A DNA stretch of 57,402 nt from Anaerolineae bacterium (GTDB lineage: Bacteria; Chloroflexota; Anaerolineae; B4-G1; DUEL01). The translations under genes and the position numbers were made by a program. The notes under the pieces are model-generated. The model was not told where the DNA came from. It was given only the letters and a program-made list of their open reading frames with translations, and made no database searches. Shown here in pieces: positions 37,047-48,366 of the stretch. Numbering within the stretch: the stretch's first letter is position 1; every line of letters starts with the position of its first letter. The stretch is taken from the NCBI GenBank assembly GCA_034435875.1, contig DAOTWL010000023.1, positions 1 through 57,402 on the forward strand. The letters are read 5' to 3'.

Positions 37047-37986
37047 GGACGTCGCCGCCGGGGACGGGAACCTGGCGGAGGATTTCTTCCACCATCTCCT
37101 CGGCGGTCACGTCCCGCATCCGGGCCGTGGGGCCGATAATGACCCGGTGGCCCAGGGCCGGGAGGGCCAGCGCCTTCACGTCGTCCGGGAGGACGAAGTC
37201 CCGCCCGTGGATAGCCGCGCGGGCCTGCCCGGCCCGGTAGAGGGTGAGGCTCCCGCGCGGGCTGGCCCCCAGGTAGATGTCGGGGTATTCTCGGGTACGG
37301 CGGGTCAGTTCCACGATGTACCGCTTCACCGCCGGCGCCACATAGACGGCCCGGATGGCCTCCTGGGCCTGCAGCAACTCCTCCACCGAGGCCACCGTCT
37401 CCAGTTCCTCTATCGGATGACGGTACTGCTGGCGCTCCAGGATGCGCACTTCGTCCTCCACCGCCGGGTAGCCCAGGCGGATACGCAGGAAGAAGCGGTC
37501 CAGTTGCGCCTCCGGCAGGGGGAAGGTGCCCTCGTACTCAATGGGGTTCTGGGTTGCCAGCACCATGAAGGGGCGGGGGAGGGGCCGGGTGACGCCGTCC
37601 ACGGTGACCTGGCGCTCCTCCATGGCCTCCAGGAGCGCCGCCTGGGTCTTGGGCGTGGCCCGGTTGATCTCGTCGGCCAGGACGATCTGGGCCATGATGG
37701 GGCCGGGGCGGAACTCAAACTGACGGGTGGCCTGGTTATAGATGGAGACGCCGGTGACGTCGCTGGGGAGCATGTCGGGGGTGAACTGAATGCGGCTGAA
37801 GGAGCAACCCAGCGAGCGGGCGATACTCCGGGCCAGCATAGTCTTGCCGGTGCCGGGGACGTCCTCAATGAGCAGGTGGCCCTGGCAGAGGAGGCCGATG
37901 ACCACCAGTTCCACCACCTCCCGCTTGCCGACGATCACCCGCTCCACGTTGGCGATGAGCCGTTCGGCGAAGGATTGGACGGACAT
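37009..37986 (-). CDS. MoxR-family AAA+ ATPase
   Basis: [12 protein letters not shown] Walker [10 protein letters not shown] Walker [23 protein letters not shown]. Confidence 0.92.
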   Translation of the reverse strand: MSVQSFAERLIANVERVIVGKREVVELVVIGLLCQGHLLIEDVPGTGKTMLARSIARSLGCSFSRIQFTPDMLPSDVTGVSIYNQATRQFEFRPGPIMAQIVLADEINRATPKTQAALLEAMEERQVTVDGVTRPLPRPFMVLATQNPIEYEGTFPLPEAQLDRFFLRIRLGYPAVEDEVRILERQQYRHPIEELETVASVEELLQAQEAIRAVYVAPAVKRYIVELTRRTREYPDIYLGASPRGSLTLYRAGQARAAIHGRDFVLPDDVKALALPALGHRVIIGPTARMRDVTAEEMVEEILRQVPVPGGDVLPTTDSRLSATG

Positions 37987-37989
37987 AGA

Positions 37990-38028
37990 GAATCGGGGAA
38001 TCGGGGAATCGGAGAATCGGAGAATGAA
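37990..38028. repeat. octanucleotide tandem repeat (AATCGGGG/AATCGGAG) x4-5
   Basis: gaatcggg gaatcggg gaatcgga gaatcgga gaatgaaa, immediately upstream of moxR. Confidence 0.85.
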
Positions 38029-38087
38029 AAGGGGGACGGCCTGCCCGCAGACCGCCCCCCCTTTGTTGACAGCAGGATGACCTCCGA

Positions 38088-39116
38088 TCAGCGTTTGATG
38101 GTCCGCATTCGGGGATCCAGGGCATCCCGCAGAGCATCACCGACCAGATTCCAGGCGAGGACAAACAGTACCAGTGCTAAGCCAGGCCATACCACGATAT
38201 ACCAGTAATCCGCCAGACTGGTAATCCAGTTGCGGGCGAAACTCAGCAACTGCCCCCAGTCTGCATATCCGATTTCCACCCCGATTCCCAGAAAGGCCAA
38301 GGCAGCAAAGCTCAGTACGTAAGAACCGATGTCCATTGATGCCACCACGAGGGTGGGGAAAATCGCGTTCGGCACAATATGGCGGAACAGAATTCGGTAA
38401 TCTCGGGCTCCCACAGCGCGCGCTGCCAGTACGTATTCGCGCTCTTTAAGGGAAAGGATGTCCCCCCGGATTAACCGGGCATAGCCCATCCAGCCGAACC
38501 CGATGAGAGCGATCATTGCCGGATAGATGCTTTTGCCAAAACGGGGGACCAGGATAGTAGCCAGAATCAACGCGGCCATTAAGAATGGCAAGGTCAAGAA
38601 AACATCCACGATACGCATCAAGATATTATCCACCACCCCACCGTAATATGCGGCGATAGAGCCCAGCAGGACACCGATAATCAGAGTGGCCAGGGTAATC
38701 GTGATACCGACCCGGAAGGCCGTCCGGGTCCCCCAGATAACCCCATAGAAGATATCCCACTGACCGCTGGCCGTGCCTAAAAGGTGAACCCAATGGTCAG
38801 TTTTCATCACCCATTTCCACCAAAAAGGGAGAGGTGGTGGGTTCCGTTTCCATTCTGAGCCCATTGGGCGGGGATCCGGACTGAAGCCGTCTCTGGGAAT
38901 CCGATAGGGGTCTCTGGGGTTGACAGGCGGTGCAATCACAGGAGCGGCAATGGCTACGATAATGAATATTGCGAGCAGAATCAGACCCATAATCGCGGCG
39001 GGTGTGGTGATTAAGGCCCGCAAGGCGCGATAATTATCCGGGCCTAATAGCCGTTCCAGCCAACCAAGTTCCCGCAAAGGGGGGAATTCTGAAATCTGCA
39101 CTGACCGGTTTTCCAT
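38088..39116 (-). CDS. peptide/nickel ABC transporter permease (OppC/DppC-like)
   Basis: ATG 39116 follows GAGGAGG (the ORF-track start 39122 is TTG). EAA-loop region [23 protein letters not shown]. Confidence 0.88.
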   Translation of the reverse strand: MENRSVQISEFPPLRELGWLERLLGPDNYRALRALITTPAAIMGLILLAIFIIVAIAAPVIAPPVNPRDPYRIPRDGFSPDPRPMGSEWKRNPPPLPFWWKWVMKTDHWVHLLGTASGQWDIFYGVIWGTRTAFRVGITITLATLIIGVLLGSIAAYYGGVVDNILMRIVDVFLTLPFLMAALILATILVPRFGKSIYPAMIALIGFGWMGYARLIRGDILSLKEREYVLAARAVGARDYRILFRHIVPNAIFPTLVVASMDIGSYVLSFAALAFLGIGVEIGYADWGQLLSFARNWITSLADYWYIVVWPGLALVLFVLAWNLVGDALRDALDPRMRTIKR

Positions 39117-39140
39117 TTGCAAGGAGCCTCCTCAGCAAAC

Positions 39141-40205
39141 TTATCCGAAACGTACGCGTGGGTCAATCACCGCATAGAGGATATCCACAACCAAATTTGC
39201 CAGAATCAGGATCGTCCCGTTAAACAGGGCGAACCCCAATACAGTCACAACGTCCAATTGAATAGCCGCTTGAGCCGCGGCGGAACCGATACCCGGATAA
39301 TTGAAAACCGTCTCAGTAATCACCACCCCGCCCAGCAGGCCGGCGACCATCAGTCCCGCAAGGGTAACGACCGGGATCAGGGCATTCGGGCGGGCATGGC
39401 GATTAATCACCAGTCGCTCGGGTAGCCCTTTGGCGCGAGCGGTCCGAACATAATCCTGTCCCAGAACTTCCAGCATAGAGGAGCGAGTGACTCGCAACAG
39501 AAGGGCCCAATTGAGGTAGGAAAGGGTCATCACCGGCAGGATGAGATGCTTTAATGCATCCCAGAAGATATCAAACCGTAGATTCAGCAGGGCGTCTATC
39601 GTGTACATATGAGTATACTGGCGGAACTGGTCTGAGTTGACGATGGCCGAGGCCCAATCCGATAAACGGCCAGGTGGGAACCATCGCAACTTGGCATAGA
39701 AAATCATCAAGACCAGCAGGCCGAAAACGAAGGTAGGGAAAGACCATCCAATGATGCTGAAGACACGCGCCACCTGATCAAAAAAACGGTTATGCCGCAC
39801 CGCCGACTGGACTCCCAGCCAGATGCCCACGCCTATGATCGGCACAACGGCCCAAAGGGCCAGTTCTGCCGTTGCGGGGAAGCGCTGTGCGATGAGTTTG
39901 GCCACTGGCTGAGAGCCCACGCGAGAATAACCCAAATCGCCCCGAAGGATACCCCCCACGCGCTGGCCTGTGACCGGGTCTATACGGCCTACCAGCCAGT
40001 ACCAGTACTGAACATAAATGGGCTTGTCCAGTCCATATCTTTTGATAATGCCTTCTACAGCCCCTTCGGTGTGGGGGATCTCCCGGACATAGAGAGCCGA
40101 CCGCTCCACCGGACTGAGAAACTGCAAGAGCCCAAAAATAATCACGGTCACACCAAACAGCAAAACCGGCAACAGCAGCAGCCGACGGACAATATAAGCA
40201 GTCAT
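39141..40205 (-). CDS. peptide/nickel ABC transporter permease (OppB/DppB-like)
   Basis: MTAYIVRRLLLLPVLLFGVTVIIF. DYVRTARAKGLPERLVINRHARPNALIPV. Confidence 0.9.
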   Translation of the reverse strand: MTAYIVRRLLLLPVLLFGVTVIIFGLLQFLSPVERSALYVREIPHTEGAVEGIIKRYGLDKPIYVQYWYWLVGRIDPVTGQRVGGILRGDLGYSRVGSQPVAKLIAQRFPATAELALWAVVPIIGVGIWLGVQSAVRHNRFFDQVARVFSIIGWSFPTFVFGLLVLMIFYAKLRWFPPGRLSDWASAIVNSDQFRQYTHMYTIDALLNLRFDIFWDALKHLILPVMTLSYLNWALLLRVTRSSMLEVLGQDYVRTARAKGLPERLVINRHARPNALIPVVTLAGLMVAGLLGGVVITETVFNYPGIGSAAAQAAIQLDVVTVLGFALFNGTILILANLVVDILYAVIDPRVRFG

Positions 40206-40280
40206 CAGATCTCCTCAACCTCAGTTCAGGAAAGTGAGGGGCAGGGGTGACAAGCACCCCTGCCCCAAAGGCAAGCCGTG

Positions 40281-42350
40281 CTATTTCTCGGAGAGAGCGT
40301 AGAAATACTGGCCCGGATAGATGGGGTTGTAGTACCACCCCTGGACCCAGCGCTGTTCGTAGCGGCGGCCCGTCGCCACGGCCAGGATGATGTGCGGAGT
40401 CAGGTCGTAAACTTTCTGGTTGAGTTCCTTGTAGATGGCATCCCGCTTGGCCGGATCCGTCTCCATCACGCCCTGGTTGATCAGCGCCTGGAACTCGGCG
40501 ACCGCATCCGCTGGCAGGCTCTGCCGGCGCCCATAGGTGCCGGTCAGATAAGGCACATACCAGTTATGCGGGTCGTGGATGTCCTCCAGCCAGCCGCTGA
40601 TAAACAGCGGCAGGGTCCGGGCCCGCTGGTTGCGCAGGAATGTCGGCCAGGGCAGACCCACGATCTCCACCTGGAACTTCTCGTTCACCTGGGAGAGGTT
40701 GGAGGCCAGAATTTCGGCAACGGTCTGCCGGACCACATTGCCCGTGTTGTAGGCCACCTGCATCCGGAAGCCGACGTTCCAGACGTCATCCTCGTCCTCA
40801 CCCGCCGGGATGCCATCTTTGTCCAGGTCGGCCAGTTTGAACTCCTCGGCGCACTTCTCCGGATCGTAGGAGTAGTGCGGGCCCTGGGGATCATAGCCGA
40901 TCATCCCTGGCAAAGCCAGCCCTGTGGACTGAACCCCTTCACCGACCAGAGCGTCCTGGATGTAGGTATCCCAGTCAAAGCAGTAGTTGAACGCGCGGCG
41001 GATGTGGAGATCGGAGAAGAAGTCCGGCGGGATACCGTTTCCATCCAGTTTGCCGCTCCCGACAAACGGGTTCCCGCCTTCGGGTACGTTGATGTGGAAG
41101 TTGAAGAAGACGTCAGTCCGGGAGATGGTCGGGAAGCCGATGTAGAGGCGGAAGGGACCCTCGCCCACGACTTCGCAGTCAAAGTCGCTTTTCTCGCTAT
41201 TCCATACGCATTTCTCCCCGACCATCGGGTCCACCTGGCTGACATCTTGCCGGTTCACAGCCACCCAGTCGGCATCGCCAGCCTGGAACATTGCGAAGCG
41301 GGTGCCCCACTCGTCCACCTTCTTGATGACCACCCGCTCCAGCTTGGCTGGACCGGTCGGGCCACCCTCCCAGGCCGGCTCGGTGCGCCAGTAGTTGTCA
41401 TTGCGCACCAGGACGATTTCCTGGCCCGGCGTCCAGTGGTCCAGTTTGAAGGGCCCGGTGCCGTTGGCGATGGGGGTGAAGGGGTCGTTCTCCGAAGCCA
41501 TCCCGTAGTAGTTGGCCCATGTATCGCAGGAACCATCCCAGCCACCCTTCTCTATCACCCATTCCTTGTCCATCACGGACCCCCAGGTCTGGGCAATGGT
41601 GGCGAGGAACGGACCCCACGGCTGGTTCAGCTGAAAGGTGACCGTACCGGCAGCATCATCGGCCACGATCCGCGCTTTCACTGCTTCGCAGACGCCCTGC
41701 AGGATGGCGGGATCCACGGCCTTCATCGCCTCGGTGTTGTCGTACAGTTCACCGGGGGCAGCGGCCAGTTCCTCCTCGGAGATACCATCCTGAATGGCCT
41801 CCAGGCCCAGTTGCTGCGCGACTTCCACCACCACGGCGATGTCGTCAACACCGACTCCGAAGAACGGCTCGGTCAGCAGCCACTGGGGGGAATGGGTACC
41901 ACCCTGCAGAAGCCCTCTCTGGAAGGAGTAAGCCACGTCCTCCGGGGTCAGATCACCCCCCTCGTGGAACTTGACCCCTTTGCGGATGGTGAAGGTGTAG
42001 GTCTTCCCATCCTCGGAGACCGTCCATTCGGTCGCCAGTTGGGGGATGAACTCGTTCACATTCCCCTTCTTGTAGAAGATGAGCGTCTCATAGATGTTCT
42101 GCAGGATTTCACCACCCGCCGTCTCGTAGGCCAGCGCCGGGTCCAGCGTCTCCGGTTCGCCGAAGGTCGCCACGACATAGGTGGTGGGGTCCTTGGACGT
42201 AAACTCTTTGGGCGGAAGCGGCGTCGGGGTCACCACCACTTCCTTTGGCACTTCCACCGTGACCGTCACAGTAGTTGGCTTGCAGGAGGTGACCAGCAGC
42301 GCGGCCAGCACGGCCAGGATGGCCAGTATAGACCACTTTCTAGCGATCAT
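40281..42350 (-). CDS. ABC substrate-binding lipoprotein, family 5 (peptide/nickel)
   Basis: ATG 42350 follows GGAGGAGG. Lipobox LLVTSC. LDPALAYETAGGEILQNIYETL. Confidence 0.88.
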   Translation of the reverse strand: MIARKWSILAILAVLAALLVTSCKPTTVTVTVEVPKEVVVTPTPLPPKEFTSKDPTTYVVATFGEPETLDPALAYETAGGEILQNIYETLIFYKKGNVNEFIPQLATEWTVSEDGKTYTFTIRKGVKFHEGGDLTPEDVAYSFQRGLLQGGTHSPQWLLTEPFFGVGVDDIAVVVEVAQQLGLEAIQDGISEEELAAAPGELYDNTEAMKAVDPAILQGVCEAVKARIVADDAAGTVTFQLNQPWGPFLATIAQTWGSVMDKEWVIEKGGWDGSCDTWANYYGMASENDPFTPIANGTGPFKLDHWTPGQEIVLVRNDNYWRTEPAWEGGPTGPAKLERVVIKKVDEWGTRFAMFQAGDADWVAVNRQDVSQVDPMVGEKCVWNSEKSDFDCEVVGEGPFRLYIGFPTISRTDVFFNFHINVPEGGNPFVGSGKLDGNGIPPDFFSDLHIRRAFNYCFDWDTYIQDALVGEGVQSTGLALPGMIGYDPQGPHYSYDPEKCAEEFKLADLDKDGIPAGEDEDDVWNVGFRMQVAYNTGNVVRQTVAEILASNLSQVNEKFQVEIVGLPWPTFLRNQRARTLPLFISGWLEDIHDPHNWYVPYLTGTYGRRQSLPADAVAEFQALINQGVMETDPAKRDAIYKELNQKVYDLTPHIILAVATGRRYEQRWVQGWYYNPIYPGQYFYALSEK

Positions 42351-42613
42351 CTTCCTCCTCCTTAAGAAATGGTATAAGGGTTGATGCATTGAAACACTGG
42401 AAAGGGACGGTTCATCCGTTCGTCAGCCTATAGGCATCACCTCCTTCCAAATGGAAAGCACTATGGTTTTGGGATATCAAAGCTCTCTACTCCGCCACTC
42501 ATCAAGCTCTTGAGGTCTGTATCGGCTAAAGGCACGGGTAAACGGATTCAACGCCAGACCCAGTTATCTCCAGGGTCGCCGTCTCCAGCAGAGCCCGATG
42601 GAAAAGCTCTCCA

Positions 42614-43600
42614 TCACACCCTGTAGCAGGCCACCCAGTGGCCTGGCTTCACCTCCCGGTACTCCGGTTCCGCCTCGTAGCAGACATCCATCGCCACCGG
42701 ACAGCGGGTGTTGAAGTTGCAGCCCTTCGGTGGATTGGCTGGGCTGGGGATTTCCCCTTTGAGGATAATCCGCTGCCGCTTCTCTTCCACCTCCGGGTCG
42801 GGCACCGGCACCGCGCTCATCAGTGCCTGGGTGTATGGATGGAGCGGGTTCAGATAAATCTCATCCCGGTCGGCCAGTTCCACAATCTTGCCCAGGTACA
42901 TCACCGCCATCCGGTCACTGATGTGGCGGACCATGCTCAGGTCGTGGGCGATGAAGAGATAGGTGAGCCCGAACTGCTCCTGGAGTTCCTCCAGCAGGTT
43001 GACCACCTGAGCCTGGATGGAAACATCCAGCGAGGAGATGGGCTCATCGCAGACGATCAGGTCGGGGTTGAGGGCGAGCGCGCGGGCGATGCCGATGCGC
43101 TGCCGCTGACCGCCGGAAAACTCGTGGGGGTAGCGGTTCACAAAGTACGGGTTCAGCCCGACCACCCGCAGCAATTCCTGCACCCGCTCTTCCTTCTCCT
43201 TGCCTCGGGCGACGCCGTGGACTTCCAGCGGCTCAGCGATGATGGCCCCCACGGTCATTCGGGGGTTCAGGGAGGCGTAGGGATCCTGGAAGATAATCTG
43301 CATCCGGCGGCGCATCCGGCGCAGTTCGTTTCCTTTCAGTTTCAGGATGTCCACCCCGTCAAAGATGATTTCGCCGGAGGTCGGTTCGTAGAGGCGCAGG
43401 ATGGTGCGCCCGACGGTGGTCTTGCCGCAGCCGGTCTCGCCCACCAGCCCCAGCGTCTCGCCCTTATAAATGTCAAAACTGACATCGTCCACCGCTTTGA
43501 CGTCACCAATATGCCGCTGGAAAATGACCCCACGGGTGATGGGGAAGTACTTCTTGAGGTGAATGACCCGAACCAGGGGAACACGTTCGGCGGCCATCAT
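42614..43600 (-). CDS. peptide ABC transporter ATP-binding protein (OppF/DppF-like)
   Basis: GETGCGKTT Walker [27 protein letters not shown] overlap with the upstream ATPase gene. Confidence 0.9.
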   Translation of the reverse strand: MMAAERVPLVRVIHLKKYFPITRGVIFQRHIGDVKAVDDVSFDIYKGETLGLVGETGCGKTTVGRTILRLYEPTSGEIIFDGVDILKLKGNELRRMRRRMQIIFQDPYASLNPRMTVGAIIAEPLEVHGVARGKEKEERVQELLRVVGLNPYFVNRYPHEFSGGQRQRIGIARALALNPDLIVCDEPISSLDVSIQAQVVNLLEELQEQFGLTYLFIAHDLSMVRHISDRMAVMYLGKIVELADRDEIYLNPLHPYTQALMSAVPVPDPEVEEKRQRIILKGEIPSPANPPKGCNFNTRCPVAMDVCYEAEPEYREVKPGHWVACYRV

Positions 43601-44589
43601 CGGCTTCTCCCTGCAAGTTCTTCCCAGCGCCAGCATGCGACCAGATGATTCGCTCCGTCCGCCTCTTTGAGAGACGGCCGCTCTTCCGCACACCGGTCCA
43701 CCGCATATGTGCAGCGGGGGACGAAGGGACAGCCCGGCGGCAGGTCAATCAGGTCGGGCGGGAGGCCGGGAATGGAGATCAGTTTGGTCCCCGGCGCCTC
43801 GTCCAGCCGGGGCAGCGACCCCAGGAGGCCTATCGTGTAGGGGTGGCGGGGCCGCTTGTAAATATCTTTAACATGGCCCCGTTCAATGATGAATCCCGCA
43901 TACATCACGTTAATCCGCTGGGCCAGGCGGGCGACCACACCCAGGTCGTGGGTGATCCACATCACGGCCATCCCCAGTTGCTCCTGAAGCCGCTTCACCA
44001 AGTCAATAATCTGCGCCTGGATGGTAACATCCAGCGCGGTGGTGGGCTCGTCGGCAATGAGGAGTTTGGGGTTGCAAGAGAGGGCCATTGCAATCATCGC
44101 TCGCTGGCGCATCCCTCCGGAGAACTGGTGGGGATAATCGTCCAGGCGGGTTTTCGCCTCCGGGATGCCCACCATCGTCAGCAGTTCCTCGGCCCGCTCC
44201 CGGGCCTGCTTATCGTCCATCCCCTGGTGGAGTTTCAGGGCTTCCATAATCTGGAAGCCGATGGTGAAGACGGGGTTGAAGGAGGTCATCGGGTCCTGGA
44301 AGACCATCGCAATCTCCGCCCCGCGCACGTGGTGCATCTCGGCCTCGCTCAGTTGCATCAGGTCGCGCCCGTCAAACCAGACCTCGCCGCCCTCAATCTT
44401 CCCCGGGGGGCTGGGGATGAGGCGCATGATGGAAAGGGCGTGGACGCTCTTGCCGCATCCGCTCTCGCCGACCACGCCCAGAATCTCTCCCTCCTCCATT
44501 GTGTAGGAGATTCCGTTGACGGCATGGACGACCCCGTCCTGGGTGTAGAAACGGGTGACCAGGTTTCTGACGTCCATCAAGATGGCCAT
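43597..44589 (-). CDS. peptide ABC transporter ATP-binding protein (OppD/DppD-like)
   Basis: GESGCGKS Walker [28 protein letters not shown]. Confidence 0.9.
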   Translation of the reverse strand: MAILMDVRNLVTRFYTQDGVVHAVNGISYTMEEGEILGVVGESGCGKSVHALSIMRLIPSPPGKIEGGEVWFDGRDLMQLSEAEMHHVRGAEIAMVFQDPMTSFNPVFTIGFQIMEALKLHQGMDDKQARERAEELLTMVGIPEAKTRLDDYPHQFSGGMRQRAMIAMALSCNPKLLIADEPTTALDVTIQAQIIDLVKRLQEQLGMAVMWITHDLGVVARLAQRINVMYAGFIIERGHVKDIYKRPRHPYTIGLLGSLPRLDEAPGTKLISIPGLPPDLIDLPPGCPFVPRCTYAVDRCAEERPSLKEADGANHLVACWRWEELAGRSR

Positions 44590-44619
44590 AAAGACTCCTT
44601 GTTTAGAAGTATAATCCGG

Positions 44620-44871
44620 TTATGCAACCCGCATCAACAGAAGGTCATACCGCCACAGCGGCAGGCTGCCCGAAGCGAAGAACGGGGCGGCAAAAATGGG
44701 TTCAAAGGAGTATCTGGGATGGGGGGTTGGGTGAGGGTGCCAGGCAGGAGAGATGGGAAAGGATAGGGCGGCAACGCGCCGGATCAGTCGCCGCCATACG
44801 CGCGGAAGCGGCCGTGCGTGGCCCCAGCGATCTTGCAGAGATTGAGCGATCAGAATATCCAGCGCGTCCAT
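44620..44871 (-). CDS. hypothetical small protein downstream of the ECF sigma gene (possible anti-sigma remnant)
   Basis: 83-aa ORF starting 16 nt after the sigma stop. No clear RBS and no recognisable motif. Confidence 0.2.
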   Translation of the reverse strand: MDALDILIAQSLQDRWGHARPLPRVWRRLIRRVAALSFPISPAWHPHPTPHPRYSFEPIFAAPFFASGSLPLWRYDLLLMRVA

Positions 44872-44887
44872 TTATCTCGGTACCGGC

Positions 44888-45481
44888 TTACGTCAACTCA
44901 TACACTACACCGCGCCGCGGATGCCACTCCAGCAGGTGTTCTTTCAACGCCTCCCGGCCGTAGTGGAGTCGGGACTTGACGGTCCCCTCCGGCACTTCCA
45001 GAATTTCGGCAATCTCTTTCAGGCTCAGGCCTTCCAGATAGTAGAGTACAATCACGACCTGCTGAGGGAGGGGAAGGGCGCGGATGGCCTGCCGGACCTT
45101 CTCCTGGATTTCCCGCTCCTCCACCGTCCCTTCCACTTGGAAAGGGGCGGTCCAGCGCTCTACCAGTTTGCCCAGCAGGGCGGACCAGCGGTGCTGGTGG
45201 TTCACCCAATCGCAGCTCAGGTTAATGGCCACCCGATAAAGCCAGGGGCCCACGGGAGCGTCTGTACGGAGACGGTCAGCGTGGGTAAGAAGCCGAATAA
45301 AGCTTTCCTGGAGGATGTCTTCAGCGGCCCCCTGGTCCCGGGTAATCGCCAGGGCGGTGCGGAAAATCGGGGTTTTGTACCTCTCGTATAACTCGGCCAG
45401 GGCCGCTGTTTCTCCCCGACGCAACCGGGCAACCAGCACACCGTCCGGGACAGCTGATTGATCGGAAGTTTGAGACTCCAT
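44888..45481 (-). CDS. ECF-type RNA polymerase sigma-70 factor
   Basis: Trimmed to ATG 45481. LAELYERYKTPIFRTALAITRDQGAAEDILQESFIRL and LSLKEIAEILEVPEGTVKSRLHYGR. Confidence 0.88.
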   Translation of the reverse strand: MESQTSDQSAVPDGVLVARLRRGETAALAELYERYKTPIFRTALAITRDQGAAEDILQESFIRLLTHADRLRTDAPVGPWLYRVAINLSCDWVNHQHRWSALLGKLVERWTAPFQVEGTVEEREIQEKVRQAIRALPLPQQVVIVLYYLEGLSLKEIAEILEVPEGTVKSRLHYGREALKEHLLEWHPRRGVVYELT

Positions 45482-45616
45482 AAATAATACCGCGTTGAGA
45501 GGCAAAAGGTTCAAATTAGCGGAGTCGTAGCAGTCCAAGTATACCACACCTTAATGAACGGCGCAAACGGCGAGCAGATGGCGAATCGTTACCATGTCTA
45601 AACCTCAATGCGAAAC

Positions 45617-45645
45617 TTGACAACCCGCCCCGGTAGGGGTATACT
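45617..45645 (+). promoter_or_regulatory. consensus-like sigma70 promoter of the sugar ABC operon
   Basis: TTGACA, 17 nt, TATACT. A ~150-nt leader with hairpins CCCTGG..CCAGGG and GGAGG..CCTCC follows. Confidence 0.6.
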
Positions 45646-45800
45646 ATTTCTGCCCCTGGATGTCCCAGCCCCAGGGTGTTCTCAGAGGCCTGGGTTCCCG
45701 AAAGGAGGTGGTGTCCATACACGGAGAAAGCCTCCCTGACTTCTACATTACTCCTATATTATCCTCAACGTCCCCAGTTGTTACTCAAAGAGGAGTAACC

Positions 45801-47069
45801 ATGTCCCGCAGAACTGTCTGGTCTATGCTGAGCATTGTTGTGGTGCTGGCGTTGCTCATGGTCGCCTGCAGGCCCACGCCCACCGCCACCCCCACGAAGA
45901 AACAACTGGAAATCTTCTCCTGGTGGACGACGGGCGGCGAGGCGGCCGGTCTCCTGAAACTCTTTGAACTCTACAACCAGAAGTTCCCGGATGTGGAGAT
46001 CATCAACGCCACTGTCGCCGGTGGGGCTGGCTTTGAGGCCAAGCCCGCGCTGAAGGCCCGCATGCTGGGCGGCGACCCGCCGGACTCCTTCCAGGTGCAT
46101 ATGGGCCACGAACTCATTGACACCTGGGTCACCACCGGCTATATGGAGCCGCTGGATGACCTCTACAAGCAAGAGGGCTGGGAGTCCGTCTTCCCCAAGG
46201 GCGTGCTGGAGATTGTCTCCTATGATGGCCACTACTGGTCGGTCCCCGTCAACATCCACCGCTCCAACGTCCTCTGGTACAACAAGAAGGTCTTTGAGGC
46301 CAACGGCTGGAAGCCCCCGGCGACCTTTGAAGAGTTCTTCGCCCTGGCGGAGCAGATGAAGGCCAAAGGCATCACCCCGCTGGCCCTGGGCGACGTGGGC
46401 ATCTGGGCCTCCACCCACCTCTTTGAGGTCATCCTGGCCGGCACCATGGGCCCGGAGAAGTACAAGGGACTCTGGACCGGCCAGACCGACTGGAACGGCC
46501 CGGAGGTCAAGCAGGCCCTGGAGACAATGGCGAAGATGCTGGAGTACGCCAACCCCGACCACTCCGCCCTCTCCTGGGATCAGGCCAACGACCTGGTGAT
46601 CCAGGGCAAAGCCGGAATGACCATTATGGGCGACTGGGTGGATGCTGACAACCTGGCGAAGGGCTTTGCCGATTCCGGCTGGGCCTCCCCGCCGGGGACA
46701 AAGGGCATTTTCATCGCCCTTTCCGACACCTTTGGTCTGCCCAAGGGCGCTCCGCACCGGGAGCAGGCGATTGAGTGGCTGCGGATTTGCGGCTCCAAGG
46801 CCGGTCAGGAGGCCTTCAACCCGCTCAAGGGCTCCATCTGCGCCCGCAACGACTGCGACCCGAACCTCTTCGGTCCCTACCTGAAGACGGCCATGCAGGA
46901 CTGGGCGAAGGATGCCATCGTGCCCAGCCTGGCCCATGGCGCAGCGGCCTCCGAGGCCTGGGTGACGAAGATCAACGACGTGATGACGGCCTTCGTCACC
47001 GACAAGGATGTGGCCAAGGCGCAGGCCGGTCTGGCTCAGGCCTGCAAGGATGCCGGGGTCTGCAAATAG
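45801..47069 (+). CDS. sugar ABC transporter substrate-binding lipoprotein (family 1)
   Basis: ATG 45801 follows AGGAG. Lipobox LMVAC. LEIFSWWTTGGEAAGL and WYNKKVFEANGW. Confidence 0.85.
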   Translation: MSRRTVWSMLSIVVVLALLMVACRPTPTATPTKKQLEIFSWWTTGGEAAGLLKLFELYNQKFPDVEIINATVAGGAGFEAKPALKARMLGGDPPDSFQVHMGHELIDTWVTTGYMEPLDDLYKQEGWESVFPKGVLEIVSYDGHYWSVPVNIHRSNVLWYNKKVFEANGWKPPATFEEFFALAEQMKAKGITPLALGDVGIWASTHLFEVILAGTMGPEKYKGLWTGQTDWNGPEVKQALETMAKMLEYANPDHSALSWDQANDLVIQGKAGMTIMGDWVDADNLAKGFADSGWASPPGTKGIFIALSDTFGLPKGAPHREQAIEWLRICGSKAGQEAFNPLKGSICARNDCDPNLFGPYLKTAMQDWAKDAIVPSLAHGAAASEAWVTKINDVMTAFVTDKDVAKAQAGLAQACKDAGVCK

Positions 47070-47086
47070 GCGCCCCGGGCCCCGAT

Positions 47087-47119
47087 GCGGCGGGGCGGCC
47101 CTCCGGGCCGCCCCGCCGC
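47087..47119 (+). terminator. GC-rich hairpin after the binding-protein gene (likely attenuator within the operon)
   Basis: GCGGCGGGGCGGCC-ctcc-GGGCCGCCCCGCCGC, followed by agactatttt. Confidence 0.55.
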
Positions 47120-47379
47120 AGACTATTTTGGCTACCCAGAAACTCGTTCGTCGGGCCTCACCCCTCCCTCGCCGCCTTCGCCGCTGGGGATGGGGTGAGG
47201 TTGACGCTCGGCGCAAAGCGCCCAGGCAGGCCGATTTCCAATCGGCGCGACTGAAAGTCAGCCTCTTTGGGCCTTCGGCCAGGTCCCTTCACTCCGTTCG
47301 CAACCAGGGCGGCCTGCGTTAGACGCCCATTTCTGCCCGCCGTGAACCCTTCTTCGCCGCAGGAGGTACATAAACAGGT

Positions 47380-48366
47380 ATGCGCCGCATATCGTGGGAC
47401 CGGATCATCTCCGTTCTGCTCATCCTCCCTTCCATCCTGGCGGTCGCCGTCTTCGTCTACGGCTTCATCGCCTGGAGCGGATGGGTCTCCCTCTCCAACT
47501 GGGACGGCCTGCGCCCCGACCTCTCCTGGGCCGGCTTCGTCAACTACGCCAAACTCTTCGCCACCCCTCGCTTCCAGATTGACCTGCGCAACACCATCGT
47601 GTTCACCGTCCTTTTCCTGGGCACCTGTATCGTCCTGGGACTGGGGGTGGCCATTCTGCTGGACCAGGGCATTCGCGGAGAGAACTTTTTCCGCAGTCTG
47701 TTTTTGTTCCCGATGGCCATCTCGTTCGTCGTCACCGGGGTCACCTGGCGCTGGCTCCTGGCCCCCGGCGACCCGGCGACGGGCCGTCTGACCGGCATCA
47801 ACGTCCTCTTGAACGCCGTCGGCCTCCCCCTCTCCCAGTGGTACACCGACCCCACCGTCATCCACATCCAGCCCACCAGCGCGGTCGGGCAGTTTCTGCA
47901 TCAGGTCGGGTTGGGCGTCCTGACGACTCCCAACTTCGGCCTGCCGGTGGCGATGATCTCCATTGTGATCGCCGCCACCTGGCAGATGTCCGGCTACGTG
48001 ATGGCGATGTATCTGGCCGGACTGCGGGGGATTCCGGAGGAACTGCGGGAAGCGGCCCGGGTGGACGGCGCCAGCGAGTGGGAGGTCTACCGGCACATCG
48101 TCTTCCCCCTCCTGCGTCCGGTCACGCTGAGCGTCGTCATCGTCCTGGGCCACATCTCGCTGAAGATTTTTGACCTGGTGGCCGCGATGAGCAAGAAGGG
48201 GCCCGGCTTCGCCACCGACGTGCCAGCCTACTTTATGTTTGAAACCACTTTCCAGGGTGACCACTATTCTCAGGGGGCCTCTATTGCCATATTCCTGCTG
48301 GTCACCGTCAGCCTCCTGGTGGTCCCCTACCTGGTTTACAGCATCCGTCGGGAGGCCGAACTATGA
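47380..48366 (+). CDS. sugar ABC transporter permease (MalF/UgpA-like)
   Basis: Six TM segments. EAA loop EELREAARVDGASEWEVYRHIVFPLLRP. Confidence 0.88.
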   Translation: MRRISWDRIISVLLILPSILAVAVFVYGFIAWSGWVSLSNWDGLRPDLSWAGFVNYAKLFATPRFQIDLRNTIVFTVLFLGTCIVLGLGVAILLDQGIRGENFFRSLFLFPMAISFVVTGVTWRWLLAPGDPATGRLTGINVLLNAVGLPLSQWYTDPTVIHIQPTSAVGQFLHQVGLGVLTTPNFGLPVAMISIVIAATWQMSGYVMAMYLAGLRGIPEELREAARVDGASEWEVYRHIVFPLLRPVTLSVVIVLGHISLKIFDLVAAMSKKGPGFATDVPAYFMFETTFQGDHYSQGASIAIFLLVTVSLLVVPYLVYSIRREAEL

